From the IMG/VR virus record IMGVR_UViG_3300015259_000001: a DNA stretch of 64,000 nt, one strand, 5' to 3'. Positions 8,772 through 15,820 of this stretch are shown here, piece after piece. The translations under genes were made by a program, and so were the position numbers. The stretch comes from a virus. Every line of letters begins with the position of its first letter. Position 1 is the first letter of the stretch. The notes below the pieces were generated by a model, which was not told the origin of the DNA, made no database searches, and saw only the letters and a program-made list of their open reading frames with translations.

Positions 8772-9172
8772 TGCGTTGTCGCATTCTATTCCTAGATGAT
8801 GACCCAAATAGAGCAGCTATCGCATATCAACGATGGCCTAAGGATAAGTGCGATAATACTATTTGGTGCTCTACTGCTAGAGATGCTATATTTATATTGA
8901 AAGATTACGGTCAAGATATGGCTGAAGCTCATCTAGACCACGATCTAGGAGGCGAAACATACGTTAATAGCGAACGTGAAGATTGCGGTATGGAGGTTGT
9001 TCGCTGGTTAGAGTCACTATCTAACGAAGATATTAAAGTATTTGAATCAACATTATTCATATGTCATTCACACAATACTAGAGCAGGTAAGAATATGGCT
9101 AAGAGAATTAGAACTCTTGGCCTTAAATCTAAACAGGTACCGTTTGGGGAGAGTGAGGTTTTTTATGATTAA
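8771..9172 (+). CDS. Stand-alone receiver-fold protein, cyclic-phosphate-processing REC (cREC) type
   Basis: ILFLDDD, HLDHDLG, GMEVVRWL, CHSHN motif set. Confidence 0.7.
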   Translation: MRCRILFLDDDPNRAAIAYQRWPKDKCDNTIWCSTARDAIFILKDYGQDMAEAHLDHDLGGETYVNSEREDCGMEVVRWLESLSNEDIKVFESTLFICHSHNTRAGKNMAKRIRTLGLKSKQVPFGESEVFYD

Positions 9173-9503
9173 ACTTAAGGCAGGGGTAGATATGTGCGGC
9201 ATTAGGCCGGAACTATCACTAGCTCTAGTAATATGTGATCAGGTGTATGAGAATAAGGGTGTTTATGAAATGGTAATAACATCACTAAAGGATGGTACTC
9301 ATAAACCCGGAAGTTGGCATTATTATGGTTGGGCAGCGGATATAAGATCAAAGAATGTCGGTACACTAGAGAATAAAAACATCATATTAGAAACTTTAAG
9401 ATCTACCCTTGGAGCACAATGGGAGGTATTCTTAGAGAATACAGGTAAACCACAAGAGCATTTCCATTTGGAGCCCAGCCCTTTAATGAAAGCGAAGAAG
9501 TAA
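9165..9503 (+). CDS. Peptidase M15-family endolysin (start reassigned to ATG 9165)
   Basis: ITSLKDGTH...SWHYYGWAADIR...HFHLE Zn-peptidase signature; SD GAGG before 9165. Confidence 0.8.
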   Translation: MIKLKAGVDMCGIRPELSLALVICDQVYENKGVYEMVITSLKDGTHKPGSWHYYGWAADIRSKNVGTLENKNIILETLRSTLGAQWEVFLENTGKPQEHFHLEPSPLMKAKK

Positions 9504-9505
9504 TT

Positions 9506-9518
9506 TGATATACTATAA
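9506..9518 (+). promoter_or_regulatory. Promoter motif TGATATACTATAA
   Basis: Intergenic copy upstream of SD AGGAG. Confidence 0.7.
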
Positions 9519-9532
9519 CTAGGAGATAACTA

Positions 9533-10357
9533 GTGGCTGAAGATATCTATTCAAAAGTGCTAGGGCAAACTAAAGCCTATGCAGAACACAAGAAAAGAGT
9601 GACTGATCAATTGGCTAAAAAGACAGCCGAACGTGCTAGAGCTACAGCAGCCCAAGCAGTATCTCAAGTAGTAGCAGAAGCTCCTAAGGCTCCAGTAAAA
9701 GCCGCAGAAGAACCTATAGAATTGGCAGCTCATATGCGGGGGCGAGGTAGAACTCTTACTCCAAAACCTATTCATGAGTTAGGGATGGAAGTAGAGCGTA
9801 GAGCCGTTTCTGATATGGCGGCTCATGTACAGGGGCGGGGTAGAACGCTTACTCCGCAAACTGTTCATGAACGAGGTATAACTCTTCAGGAAAGAGCCGC
9901 AGTTAAACGCGAGAGTATGAAGGTTGCGGGTGAACAAGTTACACGCGCTACCAAGAGCGTTTCTAAAGTAATAAAGGCTTTACCGCTAGGAAAGTTTGCT
10001 AAGGCTGCTTCTTTAACAGTAAGACCCGGTGGAGTTGCCGGTAAGGTAGCTGCGGCAACAGTAAAAGCTATACCTCTTGTAGGTAGAACAGTAAAGCCAA
10101 TGACTAGTTTTGTAGGTAAAAGGGTATTAGGCCCTGCCGCTATAGTCTCAGATGTAGCTACTACAGGATATGCTGGACATCGAGGGATTCAAGCATACAA
10201 AGAGTATTCAGCATTGAGAACAAGAGCCGAAAAGCTTAAAGTTCCAATGAAAAGACGAGGGTTTGGCGGCATAGCTATTGAAGCTATAACCAAACCAAAT
10301 GCAGATATGGACCCCGAAGTAAAAGTTTGGAATCCTAAGACGAAAAAATGGGATTAA
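9533..10357 (+). CDS. Basic Ala/Lys/Arg-rich protein with a 31-aa internal duplication
   Basis: AAHMRGRGRTLTPKPIHELG / AAHVQGRGRTLTPQTVHERG; GTG start. Confidence 0.65.
   Translation: MAEDIYSKVLGQTKAYAEHKKRVTDQLAKKTAERARATAAQAVSQVVAEAPKAPVKAAEEPIELAAHMRGRGRTLTPKPIHELGMEVERRAVSDMAAHVQGRGRTLTPQTVHERGITLQERAAVKRESMKVAGEQVTRATKSVSKVIKALPLGKFAKAASLTVRPGGVAGKVAAATVKAIPLVGRTVKPMTSFVGKRVLGPAAIVSDVATTGYAGHRGIQAYKEYSALRTRAEKLKVPMKRRGFGGIAIEAITKPNADMDPEVKVWNPKTKKWD
9724..9909 (+). repeat. Imperfect 93-bp tandem duplication (9724-9816, 9817-9909)
   Basis: ggcagctcatatgcgggggcgaggtagaactcttactcc vs ggcggctcatgtacaggggcggggtagaacgcttactcc. Confidence 0.85.
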
Positions 10358-10367
10358 GGAGATATAA

Positions 10368-10667
10368 ATGGCAGCAGCAATAGTTGAGTTTCAGCTATAC
10401 CATCAGGTCAAGGTAACTAACCAGACCTTCGGTATTCATAAGGTTAAATTACTAACCTCATCGGATCACGTTGGCGTACCAGCATTGGCAAATGCTGCCA
10501 ATCCGAATTTGTCTATTGGGCGTCTCGATGACGGTAATAATGGGACATTATCTACATTTTATGCGGCTAATAAGTTCCAAGTAGACCTTGAGGGGGGTAC
10601 AGCAGGCGATAGCGTCTGGTTCGTTACTAGACACGTTGGTCGTCTAAACTATAGACCGGAGGTATAA
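10368..10667 (+). CDS. Small virion (decoration-like) protein, paralog family B copy 1
   Basis: FGIHKV...LDDGNN...GGTAGDSVWFVTRHVGRLNY. Confidence 0.7.
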   Translation: MAAAIVEFQLYHQVKVTNQTFGIHKVKLLTSSDHVGVPALANAANPNLSIGRLDDGNNGTLSTFYAANKFQVDLEGGTAGDSVWFVTRHVGRLNYRPEV

Positions 10668-11249
10668 GGATAAATCATGGCAGCACTAATCCCTACATTT
10701 CAGGAATTTGAGCACGTTAAAGTCGGAGGCAATAGCTTCGGAATTCATAAGGTAATTCTAGTTAGTGCAAGTGACACTCTAACCGTGCCAACTCTAGCAC
10801 ATGCAACTCCTGCTAACGCGGTAGTTGAACTAGATGACGGTAATAATGATACCGGAGTAGCAGTTTCTGCTTCGGGCGCTAACACCGTAACACTCATCGG
10901 CGGGACTGCTGGTGGAGTGGTTTGGTTTATGACTCGGCATAGAGGCCGAATCAATTACGTTCCAGAAGCATAATAACAAGGAGATATAATGGCAACTTTC
11001 ATCCCTCTTAAACAACAGCAAATTGATGACAAGGCAGGTAATGTATTTTTCCTACATTGGCTAACCTTGGATAACAGTACTGAGACTGTTATCGCTACGC
11101 CTCCGGGTCTAGTAGATGCAGCCGTACTTTACGGTTCAACTGATCAGTCCAAGCCAACCGTAACCGTTTCACAGTCTAATAAGACTGTAACTCTTACAGT
11201 AGGTACTGGTACTAACGGAGAAATCTGCATCGTTACTAGACACGTTGGT
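10621..11249 (+). repeat. Exact 20-bp direct repeat TCGTTACTAGACACGTTGGT at 10621-10640 and 11230-11249
   Basis: Read directly from the sequence. Confidence 0.9.
10677..10973 (+). CDS. Paralog family B copy 2
   Basis: FGIHKV...LDDGNN...GGTAGGVVWFMTRHRGRINY. Confidence 0.7.
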   Translation: MAALIPTFQEFEHVKVGGNSFGIHKVILVSASDTLTVPTLAHATPANAVVELDDGNNDTGVAVSASGANTVTLIGGTAGGVVWFMTRHRGRINYVPEA

Positions 11250-11264
11250 TCCTCAGCAGCTTAA
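10989..11264 (+). CDS. Paralog family B copy 3 (divergent)
   Basis: Same N-terminus style and C-terminal IVTRHVG. Confidence 0.65.
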   Translation: MATFIPLKQQQIDDKAGNVFFLHWLTLDNSTETVIATPPGLVDAAVLYGSTDQSKPTVTVSQSNKTVTLTVGTGTNGEICIVTRHVGSSAA

Positions 11265-11266
11265 TT

Positions 11267-11458
11267 ATGCCTAAGGAAGCTCCCGTAATCGACCAGATTC
11301 GGGCACATAGGAAGTTCCTTCAAAGGAGCGATCTAGCGGCTGAATCTGAATTAGAGTATCCCCGCACTAGAAAAGCTAGTGCTATTCTATCTGCTAAAGA
11401 ACCACCTACATTAGCCGGTGCTCTACGTAAAAAAGCTAGAGATCGCTATAGTAATTAA
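11267..11458 (+). CDS. Small basic hypothetical protein
   Basis: 63 aa, K/R-rich. Confidence 0.5.
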   Translation: MPKEAPVIDQIRAHRKFLQRSDLAAESELEYPRTRKASAILSAKEPPTLAGALRKKARDRYSN

Positions 11459-11460
11459 AT

Positions 11461-11745
11461 ATGGCTAATGAATACAGTGCCGAAGATGATGTTACTCAGT
11501 ACCCCATAGGGGTATTGGGTAAGATTATGGGTCCAGAGCTTCTTAAAAAGAAGAAGCCACCTAAGGGTTCTCCGGTTCCAGATAGTCCTCTATCAGCTAA
11601 AGCCAAGGAAATTGGCTCCTTAGGAATGCCTGAACAAAGATTTGCTAATGTAGCAGATCCCGGTACTATGCCCGGTAACGCACCAACTTCGCTAGGATTA
11701 GCGGCTCAGGCAGGTAAAAAGTTAGGTAAAAAGCCAAGAGTATAG
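11461..11745 (+). CDS. Small Pro/Lys-rich hypothetical protein
   Basis: 94 aa in operon. Confidence 0.55.
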   Translation: MANEYSAEDDVTQYPIGVLGKIMGPELLKKKKPPKGSPVPDSPLSAKAKEIGSLGMPEQRFANVADPGTMPGNAPTSLGLAAQAGKKLGKKPRV

Positions 11746-11759
11746 GAAGAGGATAAAAG

Positions 11760-12020
11760 ATGCCACACAATAATATACCACCGCCTAGAGACTTAGAAGG
11801 TCTTAGAAAATGGCGGGCTGAGAGATACGCAGAGAAGAAGACTGAAGAATATGAACGACATATTGATCAGCTTGTTAATCGTCCTGTAACTCCTAGGAAA
11901 AGAGTGGCTCCTACCCTAAAGAAGAAAGCTGTAGAACCCGGACGATTCCCTTTAATTGGTTCTAGGGCTAAAGGTAAAAAAGGTCAGACTCAAGAAGGCG
12001 AAAAAGGTTACGTAGAATAA
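11760..12020 (+). CDS. Small basic hypothetical protein
   Basis: 86 aa, SD GAGGA. Confidence 0.6.
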   Translation: MPHNNIPPPRDLEGLRKWRAERYAEKKTEEYERHIDQLVNRPVTPRKRVAPTLKKKAVEPGRFPLIGSRAKGKKGQTQEGEKGYVE

Positions 12021-12052
12021 AGTCCTTCGCCGTTACGTACGCGCGGAGGCCC

Positions 12053-12094
12053 GAGGTCACCATGTCCCTCCCCCATGGTGACCTCATTTTTTTT
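12053..12094 (+). terminator. Intrinsic terminator
   Basis: Perfect 12-bp stem GAGGTCACCATG/CATGGTGACCTC, loop TCCCTCCCC, then A and T8. Confidence 0.85.
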
Positions 12095-12100
12095 ATAAAG

Positions 12101-12127
12101 TTGCAAACCTTATAAATATATGATAAT
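12101..12127 (+). promoter_or_regulatory. Possible sigma70-like promoter for scaffold/MCP
   Basis: TTGCAA then GATAAT with a short 15-nt spacer; resembles the 19011 promoter. Confidence 0.35.
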
Positions 12128-12143
12128 CTAAATATAGGAAGTA

Positions 12144-12243
12144 AACTTAATCTATCGCTTTATGCGTTGCCATAAACCTTCCTTGGCGTAAAGATAAGTT
12201 AGATTCGGCAAGATCTCCAATTGCCGTAAACTAGGAGATAACA
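12144..12243 (+). promoter_or_regulatory. Structured 5' leader of the scaffold gene with an SD-sequestering pseudoknot
   Basis: Stem CGGCAA(12206-11)/TTGCCG(12221-26); loop ATCTCC(12213-18) complementary to GGAGAT(12234-39); upstream stems CTTTATGC/GCGTAAAG and AATCTA/TAGATT. Confidence 0.6.
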
Positions 12244-13188
12244 ATGGCGAGTAATACAGATGATCTAACAAAGGCTTTAGAGGCAGTAGCCGAAGAAGCT
12301 GAAGTAAAAGATGATCAATCAGAATCCGCCTCTGATGAAGGTAGTGACGAAAAGGAAGCTTCAGCGGAAGCATCCAAAGGCAAGGGCAAGTCTCAGGCAG
12401 TTCCCTATAGTCGTTTCAAAGAAGTAAACGAGAAATATAGTGATTCTGCTAAAGCAGTTGAAGAACTGAATCAGAAACTTGTTCAGCGCGACGAAGAGTT
12501 ATCAAAGTTAGTCCATCTGCTCTCAGAGCGTGAAAGCGCTAATAAGACCGTAGAAAAGATTAACGAACTCTACACCACGAAACCAGAACTTCGAGAACTT
12601 ATTGATACGCTGGATGCAGCGGTAAAAGGTCAAGAAGTCGCTATTTCAAAGGCTGAAGATAAGAAAACCGAGGCAGAAGCCAAGGGTGACTTTAAAGCAG
12701 TCAAAGAGATAGAAAAGGTTACCAAGCAACTTGAGGCCACGAAGAGTGAACTTGAGCAGAGCTTGGCCGAAACTCAGGCTGATCTAATCTTAGATAAGGC
12801 TGACCGGATACTGGAAGGGTACTTTGGTAATCTCCCAGAGCAGTATGGAGATGACGACAAGCGGGTCCTATCGGATCGCCTAGTTGACAAGATCAATTGG
12901 GATGAAATCGAGAAAGATCCTAGTAAGTTAGTTTCTGTACTCGCCAGAGACTTCAAGTCAACGGTTGAATGGTATGGCGCACCCCGAGGGGCTAGTAAAG
13001 CTGAAGTAAATGATGAAACAACTAAAGAGGCTACCAAAGAGCCTACGGTCGATGACCTTAGAAAAGCTAATTGGGGCAAGTTGAAGGTTGTAGAAGACGC
13101 AAAAGGTAGAAAAGTTCTCCCTGCTGTATCTGATGATGACTTCACTAAGGCCCTAGCTAGAGCTATAAGGCAAGACAATAAGCGATAA
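12244..13188 (+). CDS. Capsid scaffolding protein
   Basis: Acidic disordered N-terminus, VPYSRFKEVN motif, long coiled coil, directly upstream of MCP. Confidence 0.8.
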   Translation: MASNTDDLTKALEAVAEEAEVKDDQSESASDEGSDEKEASAEASKGKGKSQAVPYSRFKEVNEKYSDSAKAVEELNQKLVQRDEELSKLVHLLSERESANKTVEKINELYTTKPELRELIDTLDAAVKGQEVAISKAEDKKTEAEAKGDFKAVKEIEKVTKQLEATKSELEQSLAETQADLILDKADRILEGYFGNLPEQYGDDDKRVLSDRLVDKINWDEIEKDPSKLVSVLARDFKSTVEWYGAPRGASKAEVNDETTKEATKEPTVDDLRKANWGKLKVVEDAKGRKVLPAVSDDDFTKALARAIRQDNKR

Positions 13189-13219
13189 GGTTGCCTCCCT
13201 TTACTAGAGGATAACTTAA

Positions 13220-14431
13220 ATGACTAATTTCCAGACATTGGGCGATATGCTTCTACGACGTTATGTCGTAGACTTCATCGCTCAGGCACAGCAGCTATCG
13301 ACGCCGATTTATTCGATGCTGCGGGAAAACACGCGCTTCCAGCCTTCGGGTGATGGTGCGTACTTCCCAATCCGCATCGACGGTAATGAGGCCGGTGGCG
13401 GATGGCGCGGGACTGATGATAACGCGCTTCCTACTAGCTCAAATGAACGCATCAAGCAGCACAGAGTACGCCCAAAGAAGTACTACCATGTAGTAGAATT
13501 CTCGGGTCTCGCTGAGGCTGTATCCGCTCGTGGCGGCGAAGATGCATTCGCAGCCGGTATTACTGACGCACTTTCTGCGGCAGTAAAGCGTGCCGGTGCT
13601 AACTTCGAGGTTACGTTCCTTCGTGGTGATGGTACTGGCCGTCTAACTAACGTTAACGGCACTCAGGCCAGCGTAAGCACTCTTGACGTAGATGATGCTA
13701 GACCTTTCCGCGTAGGTCAGGTTGTTGTTTTCCTAAGCAACAGCACTGGTTTAAAGCAGGCTGGTCCAGTTACCGTAACATCTAGATCGGTTGCAAACGG
13801 TACCATTTCGGTATCGAGTGCAGTATCCGTAACGGATAATGACGGTATCTACATTTCCGGTGAGCAGAGCGAGTCTGCACCTCCGACCGAGGTAACGGCT
13901 CTTGGTCTACCAGCCATTGTAAACAATACTGGTACGATCTATAACCTCAGCCGAACAACTTACCCAATCCTTCAGTCGAAGGTTATTGCGGCAAGCTCAA
14001 CGGCTTTGGATGAGTCGCTCCTTAGACGGCTCCGCAAGCAGCTATTGACTGAAACCGATGTTGGTTCAATGGACGGGTTCGCCCTCATTTCCAACTGGGA
14101 TCAGTTTGATCGCTACACGGAAATCGCTCTTCCATTCAGACGCTTCAATGATATGAAGCTAGAACTTGGTGCCGAGCAGTCGGTAACTACGTTTGAGGGT
14201 CGCCCTTGGTACATTTCTTGGGCTGCTCTACCTGATGAGGTCTTCATGATCCGAATGGACGCAATCGAGCGCGGCGTCGTAAGGCCCCTTTCGATTGATG
14301 AGCGCGTAAACATGGCATGGGTACCCGGTACTGACTCATTCACCGTACTCCTCAAGATGTACGCTGAGAACGTAGCCAGAATCGTTAACCAGACGGCTAA
14401 GATTACGGGCCTAACGACTCCTACGTACTAA
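13220..14431 (+). CDS. Major capsid protein (HK97 fold inferred)
   Basis: 403 aa after scaffold, followed by a strong terminator; more C-ending codons than neighbours; FLRGDGTGRL. Confidence 0.85.
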   Translation: MTNFQTLGDMLLRRYVVDFIAQAQQLSTPIYSMLRENTRFQPSGDGAYFPIRIDGNEAGGGWRGTDDNALPTSSNERIKQHRVRPKKYYHVVEFSGLAEAVSARGGEDAFAAGITDALSAAVKRAGANFEVTFLRGDGTGRLTNVNGTQASVSTLDVDDARPFRVGQVVVFLSNSTGLKQAGPVTVTSRSVANGTISVSSAVSVTDNDGIYISGEQSESAPPTEVTALGLPAIVNNTGTIYNLSRTTYPILQSKVIAASSTALDESLLRRLRKQLLTETDVGSMDGFALISNWDQFDRYTEIALPFRRFNDMKLELGAEQSVTTFEGRPWYISWAALPDEVFMIRMDAIERGVVRPLSIDERVNMAWVPGTDSFTVLLKMYAENVARIVNQTAKITGLTTPTY

Positions 14432-14454
14432 TAGTTAGCTAAGCTTTAATTAGC

Positions 14455-14492
14455 AAAGAAGGCTAGGATTTCGGTCCTAGCCTTCTTTTTTT
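14455..14492 (+). terminator. Intrinsic terminator after MCP
   Basis: AAAGAAGGCTAGGA-TTTCGG-TCCTAGCCTTCTTT then T-run. Confidence 0.9.
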
Positions 14493-14504
14493 GGTATACT
14501 ATAA
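14492..14504 (+). promoter_or_regulatory. Promoter motif TGGTATACTATAA
   Basis: Abuts the terminator T-run, upstream of SD AAAGGAG. Confidence 0.7.
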
Positions 14505-14521
14505 ATGAAAGGAGAAATAGT

Positions 14522-14608
14522 ATGTTCTATTTAACTTTAATTAAGGTAATAACAGTATTCGTATTTCTAGCTCAGTTTCCCGGTAATATGGGGTGCCGAG
14601 GTCAGTAA
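14522..14608 (+). CDS. 28-aa hydrophobic peptide
   Basis: MFYLTLIKVITVFVFLAQFPGNMGCRGQ; SD AAAGGAGA plus own promoter motif. Confidence 0.5.
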   Translation: MFYLTLIKVITVFVFLAQFPGNMGCRGQ

Positions 14609-14623
14609 TACTTAGGAGACAAT

Positions 14624-14962
14624 ATGTCTAGATTCTTAGAAGGGGTTAGCGAACAGGTTAACGTCGGTAGTGCCGAAGAAATATATCATGCAGATTTGAC
14701 TACTAATAGAATTATTCTTGATGATAATGAAATAGCTACTGTATTTGGTATGGAATTCGCTAATAGTTCTGGATCAGCCGCTGAAGTAACGGTAACAGAC
14801 GGTGTTGGTAGTGTAAAGTTTACTGCTACCATGCCTCCCCGACAGAGCGTTCCTTGGCCGGTAAAATTCTTAGCAGAAGATGGTCTTATTGTAGAGGGAC
14901 TTACCGGCGGGCAAGCTGATGATGTTTTCGTATCTGTTTTTTATACTGCCGGAATTGTTTAG
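14624..14962 (+). CDS. Paralog family A virion protein
   Basis: IATVFGMEFAN...FLAEDGLIV...VFVSVF. Confidence 0.65.
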   Translation: MSRFLEGVSEQVNVGSAEEIYHADLTTNRIILDDNEIATVFGMEFANSSGSAAEVTVTDGVGSVKFTATMPPRQSVPWPVKFLAEDGLIVEGLTGGQADDVFVSVFYTAGIV

Positions 14963-14970
14963 ATACCACG

Positions 14971-15363
14971 ATGAAAATTTGTGCGAAATGTAATACAGAG
15001 AAACCTCTATCTTCGTTTGTGAGAAACAAAAATGGGAAGAATGGATTACATTGTTATTGCAAATATTGCATGAATCTATTATCGAAGACATGGCGTGATA
15101 AAAATAAAGAATATCAAAGGAACTATAATTATACTTTATTGTATGGTATTACCTTAGAAGAGTATAATAGAATGTATAGTTTACAGAATGGTTCCTGTGG
15201 TATTTGTTTTAACAAGACAAAGAAATTGTACGTGGATCACTGTCATAGTACCGGAAAAGTTAGAAAACTTTTATGTAATAGGTGTAATGTCGCTGTGGGT
15301 TTCATGGAAGATAAAAATATAGTTAAAGCTATAAATGATTATTTAGAGGAGACTTTATGTTAG
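14971..15363 (+). CDS. Endonuclease VII-type HNH (free-standing homing endonuclease-like)
   Basis: N-terminal CxxC...CxxC; YGITLEEY...QNGSCGIC...VDHCHSTGKVRKLLCNRCN. Confidence 0.9.
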   Translation: MKICAKCNTEKPLSSFVRNKNGKNGLHCYCKYCMNLLSKTWRDKNKEYQRNYNYTLLYGITLEEYNRMYSLQNGSCGICFNKTKKLYVDHCHSTGKVRKLLCNRCNVAVGFMEDKNIVKAINDYLEETLC

Positions 15364-15521
15364 AATATGGCGCATTGTCACTTTTTGTAGTTTATGCTGT
15401 GGCTGTAAATGTACAACTTTTTCTATTAAAAAGATCAATTAACTCTCTATCTCAGCCGGTGGTATCAACCCCACCTAAGCAGAAAGTATTAGTTAGTTCA
15501 AAGCGGGTCCTTAATTACTAG
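15357..15521 (+). CDS. 54-aa single-TM protein
   Basis: Hand translation MLEYGALSLFVVYAVAVNVQLFLLKRSINS...; SD GAGGAG. Confidence 0.5.
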   Translation: MLEYGALSLFVVYAVAVNVQLFLLKRSINSLSQPVVSTPPKQKVLVSSKRVLNY

Positions 15522-15529
15522 GAGGACAG

Positions 15530-15820
15530 ATGAATTATCGGGCAAGTATATTAACCCGAGTTGAGTTAGACCAAGATAGAACCATTGGTAATGGGAAAAC
15601 TATAACTATCTTTGGTATTACTATAGCCAATGCTGAAGATGTTCCCGCTCTTGTAGATATACAAGATGCTGCTGGAACCAACAAACTTACTATTGTGGTA
15701 CCTTGTAAAGAGACTCATAGCATCCCCTATGAGTGGATCGCTGATGGTGGTCTTCAAATCGACGGAATAGGGTCTGCAAACGTTATAGTTACAGTGGCTC
15801 ATAGTCAGGCAGGATCATAA
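15530..15820 (+). CDS. Paralog family A virion protein
   Basis: ITIFGITIAN...WIADGGLQI...VIVTV. Confidence 0.65.
   Translation: MNYRASILTRVELDQDRTIGNGKTITIFGITIANAEDVPALVDIQDAAGTNKLTIVVPCKETHSIPYEWIADGGLQIDGIGSANVIVTVAHSQAGS

Noticed and set aside
9042-9164. Long TTG start for the endolysin
   Set aside because: It overlaps the cREC gene; ATG 9165 has a good SD
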